This document shows, piece by piece, positions 7,152-15,115 of a stretch of DNA of 64,000 nucleotides; the first letter of the stretch is position 1, and each line of letters begins with the position of its first letter. This DNA comes from Rhodoferax ferrireducens (GTDB lineage Bacteria; Pseudomonadota; Gammaproteobacteria; Burkholderiales; Burkholderiaceae_C), in contig MTEI01000006.1 of assembly GCA_002083775.1 (NCBI GenBank), forward strand, positions 62,321 to 126,320, read 5' to 3'. The notes below the pieces were generated by a model. That model ran no database searches. It was given only the letters and a program-made list of their open reading frames with translations, and was not told the origin of the DNA. The position numbers were made by a program, and so were the translations under genes.

Positions 7152-8005
7152 ATTTCACCGACCAACCCGTGGTGATGCCCTGCGCAGGGGCGTCACTGGT
7201 CGGCATCATCTCGCAGCCAGAGCAGCCCGCCACACTGGGGATGGTGATGGTGGTGGGCGGGCCGCAATACCGCGTGGGCAGCCACCGGCAATTTGTGTTG
7301 TTGGCGCGTTGCCTGGCCAGCGCAGGTTTTCCCGTCATGCGTTTCGACCACCGCGGCCTGGGCGACAGCAGCGCTGAGCGCATGCCGTTTGACGCCATCC
7401 ATGCAGACATCAGCGTGGCGCTGGACACCCTGCAGCGCGCTTGCCCCAGCGTGCAGAGCGTGGTGCTTTGGGGTCTGTGCGACGGTGCGTCGGCTGCGCT
7501 GTTGTACAGCGGACAACGCGACGACCCGCGGGTGGCAGGCCTGTGCCTGCTCAACCCCTGGGTGCGCTCAGATGTCACACTGGCGCGCACACGTATCAAA
7601 CATTACTATGCCGGGCGCTTGCTGGAGCCGTCGTTCTGGCGGCGGCTGTGGCAAGGCCAATTTGACTGGCGGACCTCGCTGGCGGACCTGTGGCAAAGCC
7701 TGCAAGCCCTGCGCCCGGAGCCACCGTCCACCCAGCCCGAGCCGTCCTTCCAACACAACATGGCCCTGGCACTGCGCCATTTTCCGGGCCAGGTGCTGCT
7801 GCTGTTGAGCGAGCGCGATTACACCGCGAAGGAATTTCTGGAATGCGCCCAGAGCGACCCAGTCTGGCAAGGCCTGTTGCAGCGCCCACAATTGGAGCGT
7901 GTCGATGTGGCCGATGCCGACCACACCTTCTCCAGAGTCATCTGGCGCGCGGCGGCTGAACAGGCGGTGTTGGGCTGGATGCGGCGTCTGGAAGTGCAGG
8001 TCTGA
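7148..8005 (+). CDS. Alpha/beta-fold hydrolase, exosortase A system-associated pair, member 2 (GxCxG elbow)
   Basis: TTG start overlaps the upstream stop by 4 nt. VVGGPQYRVGSHRQF...RFDHRGLGDS...VLWGLCDGASAALLY. Confidence 0.7.
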   Translation: MNFTDQPVVMPCAGASLVGIISQPEQPATLGMVMVVGGPQYRVGSHRQFVLLARCLASAGFPVMRFDHRGLGDSSAERMPFDAIHADISVALDTLQRACPSVQSVVLWGLCDGASAALLYSGQRDDPRVAGLCLLNPWVRSDVTLARTRIKHYYAGRLLEPSFWRRLWQGQFDWRTSLADLWQSLQALRPEPPSTQPEPSFQHNMALALRHFPGQVLLLLSERDYTAKEFLECAQSDPVWQGLLQRPQLERVDVADADHTFSRVIWRAAAEQAVLGWMRRLEVQV

Positions 8006-8060
8006 ATCACCTGGCCGCAGAAAGCTCTGCGGACACCACCAGCCTGTAAGATGGCTGGCC

Positions 8061-9689
8061 ATGTCGTCAGCCACCTTATTACCCGATCTCATCACCCTGG
8101 CGGCGCAGCGTTGCCCGGAGGCTGTGGCCTTGACCTGCGGCCCGGCGCACTGGAACTATGCCGCCTTGTCGGAATCGATGACCGCGTTCACCTCGGGCCT
8201 GCTGCAGCTGGGTCTGCAACGCGCCGACCGGGTGGGCATCTATGTGGAAAAGCGTTTGGAGGCGGTGGTGGCCAGTTTTGCTGCGCCACTGGCAGGGGCG
8301 GTGTTTGTGCCGATTAACCCCTTGCTCAAAGCGGCCCAGGTGGCGCACATCCTGCGCGACTGCCATGTGCGCGTGCTGGTGACATCGCCAGAGCGGTTGG
8401 CAACACTCGGCCCCATCTTGCGCGACTGCCCGGACCTGCAGCATGTGGTGCTGTGCGGGCGGACCGATCCGCCGCACACTAGGGGTCACTGGGTCGCCCA
8501 CACTTGGCAAGATGTGTCGAGCAGCCCCCCGGCAAATGGCCACCGGGTCATTGACGCCGACCTGGCCGCCATTTTGTACACCTCGGGCAGCACCGGCCAG
8601 CCCAAGGGCGTGATGCTGTCGCACCGTAATCTGGTGATGGGTGCCAAAAGTGTGGCCTCGTATCTGGAAAACCAGCCCGATGACACCCTGCTGGCGGCGC
8701 TACCTCTGTCGTTTGACGCGGGTTTCAGCCAGCTCACCACCGCTTTTCTTGTCGGTGCGCGGGTGGTGTTGCTCAATTACCTGTTGCCACGCGATGTGCT
8801 CAAGGCGCTGGCAGACGAAAAAGTCACCGGTCTGACCGCCGTTCCGCCGCTGTACCTGCAGCTGGCTGCACAGGACTGGCCCGAGGGCACCGGCGCGCAC
8901 TTGCGTTATTTCGCCAATACCGGCGGCCACTTGCCGCGTGACACGTTGGCCAAGTTGCGCCAGCGCCTGCCGCAAGCCAAGCCGTATTTGATGTACGGCC
9001 TGACCGAAGCCTTTCGCTCCACCTACCTGCCACCACAGGATGTGGACCGCAAACCCAACTCGATCGGCCAAGCCATTCCCAACGCCGAGGTGCTGGTGCT
9101 GCGCCCTGACGGCACGCCTTGCGCCACCGATGAGCCGGGCGAGCTGGTGCACCGCGGTGCGCTGGTGGCGCTGGGTTACTGGAACGATGCCGAGAAAACG
9201 GCCGAGCGCTTCAAACAGTTGCCCTTCTCCACGCCAGGCCGCCCAGCAGGCTTGCAATTGCCGGAAGTGGCGGTTTTTTCAGGCGACACGGTGCGCCGGG
9301 ATGCTGAGGGCTATCTGTATTTTGTCGGGCGGCGCGACGAGATGATCAAGACCTCGGGCTACCGGGTCAGCCCCACTGAAGTGGAAGACATCCTCTACGC
9401 CACGCAGCTCGTTGGTGAATGCGTCGCCTTTGGGGTGCCGCATGAGATGCTCGGACAAACTATACAAATCATAGCTACTCGCCCTTTATTCATAAGGGCT
9501 GAAGGCCAAAAAGACTTGATTTCTGAGTGCCGCAGCAGGATGCCCGCCTACATGCTGCCCGCCGGTATTGAGTGGGTGAACGGTCCGTTGCCACGTAACG
9601 CCAATGGCAAAATTGACCGTGCCACACTGGCGTGCGACTGGCTGGCGCACCATACTCATGCCACGCCAACCACAACCTCCGGGAGATGA
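8061..9689 (+). CDS. Acyl-CoA ligase (AMP-forming), exosortase A system-associated type
   Basis: ORF trimmed to ATG 8061 (MSSATLLPDLITLAAQRCPEAVAL). AMP-binding motifs ILYTSGSTGQPKGVMLSHRN, YGLTEA, GDTVRRDAEGYLYFVGRRDEMIKTSGYRVSPTEVE and NGKIDR. Confidence 0.85.
   Translation: MSSATLLPDLITLAAQRCPEAVALTCGPAHWNYAALSESMTAFTSGLLQLGLQRADRVGIYVEKRLEAVVASFAAPLAGAVFVPINPLLKAAQVAHILRDCHVRVLVTSPERLATLGPILRDCPDLQHVVLCGRTDPPHTRGHWVAHTWQDVSSSPPANGHRVIDADLAAILYTSGSTGQPKGVMLSHRNLVMGAKSVASYLENQPDDTLLAALPLSFDAGFSQLTTAFLVGARVVLLNYLLPRDVLKALADEKVTGLTAVPPLYLQLAAQDWPEGTGAHLRYFANTGGHLPRDTLAKLRQRLPQAKPYLMYGLTEAFRSTYLPPQDVDRKPNSIGQAIPNAEVLVLRPDGTPCATDEPGELVHRGALVALGYWNDAEKTAERFKQLPFSTPGRPAGLQLPEVAVFSGDTVRRDAEGYLYFVGRRDEMIKTSGYRVSPTEVEDILYATQLVGECVAFGVPHEMLGQTIQIIATRPLFIRAEGQKDLISECRSRMPAYMLPAGIEWVNGPLPRNANGKIDRATLACDWLAHHTHATPTTTSGR
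9471..9505. repeat. AT-rich palindromic repeat, copy C (in-frame inside the acyl-CoA ligase)
   Basis: atagctactcgccctttattcataagggctgaagg is translated as IIATRPLFIRAEG. Confidence 0.75.
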
Positions 9690-10942
9690 ATCGCACCATG
9701 CCAGACGCCCCGCACCCCCTGCCCCAACATGCCCCCATGACCCAGTTTGCGGTGAGCCACGGCGAGTTGATGCCCGGCGGGGAACGCTTGACCACCCTGG
9801 CAGCGCGGGTGGGGCAAACACCGTTTTACGCCTACGGTCGGTCACAACTGCGCCAGCGCATCACCGAACTGCGCCAGACTCTGCCGCCAAAGATCCGACT
9901 GCACTACGCCATGAAGGCCAACCCCATGCCCGCACTGGTGGGGTTCATGGCGGGCCTGGTGGATGGCTTGGACGTAGCCTCGGCAGGTGAGTTGAAGGTG
10001 GCGCTGGATACAGGCATGAGCCCCAAGCAGATCAGCTTTGCTGGCCCGGGCAAGCGCGATGCCGAGCTGCGCCAGGCTGTGGCCGCCGGGGTGCTGGTGA
10101 ACATTGAATCGTTTCGCGAGGTGGACGTGCTGGCCCAGGCGTCGCAGACGCTGGGCTTGCCCGCCCGCGCGGCGGTGCGCATCAACCCCGACTTTGAGCT
10201 CAAAAGCTCCGGCATGAAAATGGGCGGCGGCCCCAAACCGTTTGGTGTGGACGTGGAACAAGTGCCCACCTTGCTTGCCAACATGGGCCGCGCCGGTCTG
10301 AGCTTTGAGGGGTTTCACCTCTACCCGGGCTCGCAAAGCCTGCAGGCCGAAGCCATATGCGAGGCGCTGCAGCAGTCTTTTGACCTGGCGGTGCGCCTGT
10401 CACAACACGCCCCCGACAAGGTGCGGGTGCTGAACCTCGGCGGTGGCCTGGGTGTGCCGTATTTTCCGGGTGACAAACCGCTGGATTTGAAACCCATTGC
10501 CGAGCAATTGGAGCGCTTGCTGCAGCTGGGCCAGGCCCAGTTGCCACAAGCCACCCTGGCGCTGGAACTTGGGCGCTACCTGGTGGCCGAGGCAGGCATT
10601 TACGTGACCCGGGTGGTGGACCGCAAGCGTTCGCGCGACCAGGTGTACCTGGTAGCCGACGGCGGCTTGCATCACCATCTGGCGGCAACCGGCAACTTTG
10701 GCCAGGTGTTGCGCAAAAACTACCCGGTGGCCATCGGCAACAAAATGGATGCACCCGCCAGCCAAGTCACCACCGTGGTGGGGCCGTCCTGCACGCCATT
10801 GGACGTGCTGGCTGAGCGCCTGCTGCTGCCTGAAGCTCAGGTGGGTGACCTGGTGGTGGTGTTCCAGTCTGGCGCTTATGGTGCCAGCGCCAGCCCGCAC
10901 CAGTTTCTGGCACACCCGCCTTGTGTTGAGGTGCTGGTTTAG
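9686..10942 (+). CDS. PLP-dependent decarboxylase (Orn/DAP/Arg fold type III), exosortase A system-associated type
   Basis: ATGA start/stop overlap with the ligase and GGGAG upstream. PLP-lysine motif LHYAMKANP; GGGLGVPY; the C-terminal beta-domain is typical of DAP-decarboxylase-like enzymes. Confidence 0.85.
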   Translation: MNRTMPDAPHPLPQHAPMTQFAVSHGELMPGGERLTTLAARVGQTPFYAYGRSQLRQRITELRQTLPPKIRLHYAMKANPMPALVGFMAGLVDGLDVASAGELKVALDTGMSPKQISFAGPGKRDAELRQAVAAGVLVNIESFREVDVLAQASQTLGLPARAAVRINPDFELKSSGMKMGGGPKPFGVDVEQVPTLLANMGRAGLSFEGFHLYPGSQSLQAEAICEALQQSFDLAVRLSQHAPDKVRVLNLGGGLGVPYFPGDKPLDLKPIAEQLERLLQLGQAQLPQATLALELGRYLVAEAGIYVTRVVDRKRSRDQVYLVADGGLHHHLAATGNFGQVLRKNYPVAIGNKMDAPASQVTTVVGPSCTPLDVLAERLLLPEAQVGDLVVVFQSGAYGASASPHQFLAHPPCVEVLV

Positions 10943-10970
10943 CGTGACAAAGCGATGCTGTCGTCTTGTG

Positions 10971-11026
10971 GTTGTCATCCCGGATGTGGTTGTCATCCCG
11001 GACTCGATCCGGGGACGCAATGACAG
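10971..11026. repeat. GC-rich REP-like hairpin cluster (locus R3)
   Basis: gttgtcatcccggatgtggttgtcatcccggactcgatccggggacgcaatgacag. Confidence 0.7.
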
Positions 11027-11064
11027 TCCCCTTTCAAGCGCCGAGGTGATTGATTGAGTCCGCC

Positions 11065-13038
11065 ATGACAGCCAAAGGCCATGCATCGGCCTGGCTGGTC
11101 GCTGCAGTCTGCCTGGTGGCGGGGCTGGCGATGGCTGGGCATCATCCTGTGGCGCCCCTTCTGGGCTTGGCGCTGGTGTGCCTGTCCTGCTGCCTGACCG
11201 CCTGGCAGCCCAGGCTTTGGCTTTGGCTGGTGCCTGCCTGCTTGCCCTGGCTGAACTTTTCGCCTTGGACCGGTTGGTTGGTTTTTGAAGAATTTGACAT
11301 CCTGCTGCTGGGCACGCTGGCCGGGGGCTACGCCCGTCTGGCCTGGGAAGCCCGACACGGCGGTGTGCGCTCGCCGCCTTCCCGCACGGCAACGGGGCTG
11401 ATCACGCTGGTGCTGCTGTCAGCCGGGCTGGCCTTGTGGCGGGGGTTTGCTGATGCAGGTGGCCTGCGTTTTAACTGGTTTGCCAATTACAGTGACGCCC
11501 TCAACAGCTGGCGTATCTTCAAGAGCCTGGGCCTGGCTGCCCTGTTCATTCCCTTGCTTGGCCGCGAGGTGCACCAGGCCCGGCAACGCGCGCCAGCCCT
11601 TTTAGCCTGGGGTGTCATCAGCGGTTTGGCGCTGGTGGTGCTGTCCACCTTGTGGGAACGCGCCGCCTTCCCGGGTCTGCTGGATTTTTCAGCGCCCTAC
11701 CGCACGGTGGCGCTATTTTGGGAAATGCACGTCGGTGGCGCGGCCATCGACGCCTATCTGGCCCTGACTGCACCGTTTGTGGTGTGGGCGCTGCATGCCA
11801 CGCGACGCCCAGCCTTGTGGGCGGCACTGGCTGTGCTGGCCGTTTTGGTGGGCTATACCTGCCTGACCACTTTCGCCCGCGGGGTTTACCTGGCGGTGGT
11901 CGCCCCATTGATGTTGCTGGCCTTTTTTCTGTGGTTGCAAAACCACGCGCGCCACGGCCGCAGCGCCTGGCAAGGCCTGCAGCACCAGCGCGGCGCGCCC
12001 GGCTGGCGGCTTAAAGCCAGCGTGCTGCTGTCGGTCACCCTGGTGCTGGAAGTGGTCGGCGTACTGGAAGGCGGCACCTTCATGCAGGAACGCATGGCCA
12101 GCGCCGAACAAGACCTGTCCAGCCGGGTGGAACACTGGAAAAACGGCGTTGGCCTGCTCGACGGCCCGGCAGACTGGCTACTGGGCAAGGGTCTGGGGCG
12201 CCTGCCTGCCAACTACGCTGCCCAGGTGCCGGGCGAAGAGTTTCCCGGTGACGCCAGGCACCAGATGGCGCCCGGGAAGCAGATCGTCGAGCAGTTTGTC
12301 ACGCTTTACGGCCCCAAAAGCCAACCCGAACTGGGGGGTGTTTTTGAATTGACGCAGCGCGTTGCTTTGACGGAGCCTGGGGGTTACCGGGTGCAGATGG
12401 ATGTCCGGGTCAGCGAAGAAACCCGTTTTGAGCTGTATCTGTGCGAGCGGCACCTGTTGTATGACCGGGCTTGCCAGGCGGCGTTTGTGCGCGTCAAACC
12501 CGCCGGGGGCGTTGGCCCCTTGGCCTGGCAGCCCCTGAACTTGGCCCTGCATGGCGACGCCCTGGGGCGCGGCAGCTGGTTCGCACCGCGGCTGAAAATG
12601 TTTTCTATCTCGGTGGTCGATGCCGCAAGTCGTGCCGATGTGGACAACATCCGCTTGACCAGCCCACGCGGGCAGCCGGTCTTGGCCAATGGCGATTTTT
12701 CTGCCGGCCTGTCACATTGGTTCCCCGCAGCGCAGTCCTATTTTGTGCCCTGGCATCTGGACAACCTGTTTCTGGAAATCTTGGTGGAGCGCGGCGCGGT
12801 AGGCTTGCTGGCATGGTTACTGCTGGTGAGTTATGCGCTGTGGCATTTGGTCCTGGGGCGCGCCAGACTGGTACCGCTGGCGCCTTATCTGGCAGCGTCG
12901 CTGATGGCGGTGCTGGTGGTGGGGCTGGTGAGCAGCGTGATGGATGTGCCGCGCGTGGCGTTCCTTTTTTTCATGCTTATATTCCTCTCGATTGAATGCA
13001 CAAGGACAAGCGCAACTGCGCAAGCCAAGCCACTTTGA
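11065..13038 (+). CDS. O-antigen ligase/Wzy_C-like polytopic membrane protein (probable exosortase A-associated O-glycosylation ligase) with a large inserted soluble domain
   Basis: Multiple TM helices, with a ...GKGLGRL ... HLDNLFLEILVERGAVGLLAWLL Wzy_C-type signature. A ~190-aa non-membrane insert separates the two motif halves. Start taken at ATG 11065. Confidence 0.65.
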   Translation: MTAKGHASAWLVAAVCLVAGLAMAGHHPVAPLLGLALVCLSCCLTAWQPRLWLWLVPACLPWLNFSPWTGWLVFEEFDILLLGTLAGGYARLAWEARHGGVRSPPSRTATGLITLVLLSAGLALWRGFADAGGLRFNWFANYSDALNSWRIFKSLGLAALFIPLLGREVHQARQRAPALLAWGVISGLALVVLSTLWERAAFPGLLDFSAPYRTVALFWEMHVGGAAIDAYLALTAPFVVWALHATRRPALWAALAVLAVLVGYTCLTTFARGVYLAVVAPLMLLAFFLWLQNHARHGRSAWQGLQHQRGAPGWRLKASVLLSVTLVLEVVGVLEGGTFMQERMASAEQDLSSRVEHWKNGVGLLDGPADWLLGKGLGRLPANYAAQVPGEEFPGDARHQMAPGKQIVEQFVTLYGPKSQPELGGVFELTQRVALTEPGGYRVQMDVRVSEETRFELYLCERHLLYDRACQAAFVRVKPAGGVGPLAWQPLNLALHGDALGRGSWFAPRLKMFSISVVDAASRADVDNIRLTSPRGQPVLANGDFSAGLSHWFPAAQSYFVPWHLDNLFLEILVERGAVGLLAWLLLVSYALWHLVLGRARLVPLAPYLAASLMAVLVVGLVSSVMDVPRVAFLFFMLIFLSIECTRTSATAQAKPL

Positions 13039-13092
13039 ATTGTCATTTTTGTTGTGATAATGTTTCAAAAATCAAGCTCTTAGGGTTCGTTC

Positions 13093-13659
13093 ATGAAAAT
13101 TACCGTGATTGGCACCGGCTACGTTGGCTTGGTGTCTGGGACTTGTCTGGCCGAGGTGGGTAACGATGTGTTGTGCCTGGATCTTGACCCCGCCAAGATC
13201 AAAATTCTGGAAGAAGGTGGCATCCCTATCTTCGAGCCTGGCTTGCAGGACATGGTCAAACGCAATGTGGCTGCCGGCCGGTTGCACTTCACCACAGATA
13301 TTGAGCGCGCCGCCCCTTTCGGCACCGTCCAGTTCATAGCGGTAGGCACGCCGCCAGACGAAGATGGCTCGGCCGACATGAAATACGTCACGGTTACAGC
13401 TTACGATCCGGTGGCCAGCACCGAGGCCAAACATTGTTTTCCCGATGAGCCCGCTTTGCGCTATGCCGACAACCAGAGCGCTGCTTTGGAAAATGCGGAT
13501 GCGCTGGTGATCGTCACTGAATGGAAGGAATTTCGCAGCCCGGACTTTGCCATGCTCAAGACCCGTCTCAAGGCACCGGTCATTTTTGATGGTCGTAACT
13601 TGTACGACCCAAAAATGGTTCACGACCTGGGTTTTGAGTATTCAGCGATTGGTCGTTAG
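13093..13659 (+). pseudogene. ugd: UDP-glucose 6-dehydrogenase remnant with an in-frame internal deletion (N-terminal ~97 aa fused to C-terminal ~90 aa)
   Basis: N-terminus [26 protein letters not shown]...[19 protein letters not shown] runs directly into VTAYDPVA...[18 protein letters not shown]...[12 protein letters not shown]...GFEYSAIGR. Total length is 188 aa versus ~440-470 aa for intact enzymes. The central/catalytic-Cys region is absent. Confidence 0.8.
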
Positions 13660-13731
13660 ACCATGCCCACCGGTTCAAGGTCCACGACTCGTTAGAAGTC
13701 ACAGATACCGGCCCGAGCTGCGGAGGAAGTC

Positions 13732-15102
13732 ATGATCAAAATTTTCAACCACTACTTTCATAAGCGAACGCTGTTTCAGATCGGGCTCGATCTGCTGCTG
13801 TTGTTGTTGATTTCGCTGATCACCTCCACAGCACATGAAACACGGCCTGCGGCCTTTGGTGTGGGGGCGGCGGTGACGTTCCTGATACTCGCTGGCAGCA
13901 TGATGGTGCTGAGCTTCAGCCTGGGGTTTTACCAGCGGGTTCACAACCGCTCTTTGGGCCAGTCCAGCGCGCGCGCAGTTTTGGCCCTGTTGTGCATGTC
14001 GCCCATCATTTTGGCTTTGTCCTCCCGCTATGCCGATGCCAGGTCGTTCGCGTTGACCCTACTGTCTGCTGTTTCACTTTTGCTGTTGCTGCGCGTATAT
14101 GTGATGCATTTCACTCCGCGCAACCTGATGCGGCAGCGGGTGCTGGTATTTGGTACTGGCGCACGCGCGCGCATGGTGGGCACCGCGCTGCTCAAATCAG
14201 ACCCCAGTGTGGACCTGGTGGGTTATTACGCCGGACCCAACGAGCAAGAGGCCATGGTGTCTGCCTGGGGACTGCTGTCCATGACCAACTCGCTGACAGA
14301 TATCGTCAAGGATCAACAGGTCGATGAAATTGTGGTGGCCCTGTCAGAGCGACGTGGTGGGAGCATGCCCCTGCGTGAGTTGCTGGACTGCAAGTTGCAG
14401 GGCGTCAAGGTGGTGGACATTGCCACTCACTTTGAGCGCACGCTGGGGCAAATCCGCCTGGAGTCGCTGTCGGCAGGCTGGCTGATTTTTGGTGATGGCT
14501 TTGGCACGGGGTGGCTCCGGGCAATGATCAAGCGGCTGTTTGACATCGTGTCCGCCATCATCCTGATTGTGTTGGCCTTGCCGGTGATGCTGCTCACTGC
14601 GGTTCTGATCTTGCTGGAGGATGGCTTTCCCATCCTGTATTTTCAGGAACGCGTGGGGCAGAACGGTCGCCTGTTCAATGTGGTGAAGTTCCGCAGCATG
14701 CGCACTGATGCTGAAAAGGACGGCAAACCACGCTGGGCACAAGCAAAAGATGACCGGGTGACGCGGGTTGGCCGGGTCATTCGCAAGCTGCGTATTGACG
14801 AACTGCCGCAATTGTTCAGTGTGCTGGCAGGTGCCATGAGCATGGTGGGGCCACGCCCGGAGCGCCCCTTCTTTGTCGACAAGCTGACGCAGGAGATTCC
14901 GTATTACGCCATTCGCCACAGTGTCAAGCCGGGTGTGACCGGCTGGGCACAGGTGCGTTACCAATATGGCTCCTCGGTGGAGGATGCGGCCGAAAAACTG
15001 CAGTACGACCTGTATTACGTCAAGAACCACTCTTTGCTGCTGGACATCGTGGTGATGTTCGAGACCATCGGTGTGGTGGTGATGCGCAAAGGCGCACAGT
15101 AG
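13732..15102 (+). CDS. Polyprenyl-phosphate glycosyl-1-phosphate transferase (bacterial sugar transferase; XrtA/PEP-CTERM-system priming transferase type)
   Basis: N-terminal TM helices. C-terminal KRLFDIVSAIILIVLALPVMLL...ILYFQERVGQNGRLFNVVKFRSM...DDRVTRVGRVIRKLRIDELPQLFSVLAGAMSMVGPRPERP. Confidence 0.85.
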   Translation: MIKIFNHYFHKRTLFQIGLDLLLLLLISLITSTAHETRPAAFGVGAAVTFLILAGSMMVLSFSLGFYQRVHNRSLGQSSARAVLALLCMSPIILALSSRYADARSFALTLLSAVSLLLLLRVYVMHFTPRNLMRQRVLVFGTGARARMVGTALLKSDPSVDLVGYYAGPNEQEAMVSAWGLLSMTNSLTDIVKDQQVDEIVVALSERRGGSMPLRELLDCKLQGVKVVDIATHFERTLGQIRLESLSAGWLIFGDGFGTGWLRAMIKRLFDIVSAIILIVLALPVMLLTAVLILLEDGFPILYFQERVGQNGRLFNVVKFRSMRTDAEKDGKPRWAQAKDDRVTRVGRVIRKLRIDELPQLFSVLAGAMSMVGPRPERPFFVDKLTQEIPYYAIRHSVKPGVTGWAQVRYQYGSSVEDAAEKLQYDLYYVKNHSLLLDIVVMFETIGVVVMRKGAQ

Positions 15103-15115
15103 CGCCCTTGCCATC

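Noticed and set aside
7899-8060. N-terminal extensions offered by the ORF track. Examples: 7899 for the ligase, 1744 for the phosphatase, 37709 for the kinase, 60031 for the giant protein, 34215 for hemG, 61402 for the second permease.
   Set aside because: The extensions overlap upstream genes or repeats, encode Arg/Pro/Gly-rich junk, and precede internal ATG codons that restore canonical family N-termini or signal peptides, often with start/stop overlaps.
10400-11392. Long antisense or alternative-frame ORFs throughout the window. Examples: 10400..11392(-) 330 aa, 24671..25921(-) 416 aa, 32058..33017(-) 319 aa, 33057..34055(-) 332 aa, 41166..42224(+) 352 aa, 52112..53392(+) 426 aa, 27031..28068(+) 345 aa, 4232..5038(+) 268 aa, 5952..6770(-) 272 aa, 46543..47412(-) 289 aa, 35622..36590(+) 322 aa.
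   Set aside because: They overlap confidently assigned genes on the other strand or frame. Their translations are Arg/Ala/Gly/Pro/His-rich with no recognisable motifs. This is the usual shadow-ORF artefact of ~65% GC DNA.
12961-13020. A/T-rich patch at the 3' end of the O-antigen-ligase-like gene (tgcttatattcctctcgattgaatgc...), considered as a ninth copy of the AT-rich palindromic repeat.
   Set aside because: Only a short partial resemblance (cttatat..c..attg) and no clear stem AGCCCTT/AAGGGCT. It may be a decayed copy, but that is not supportable by eye.
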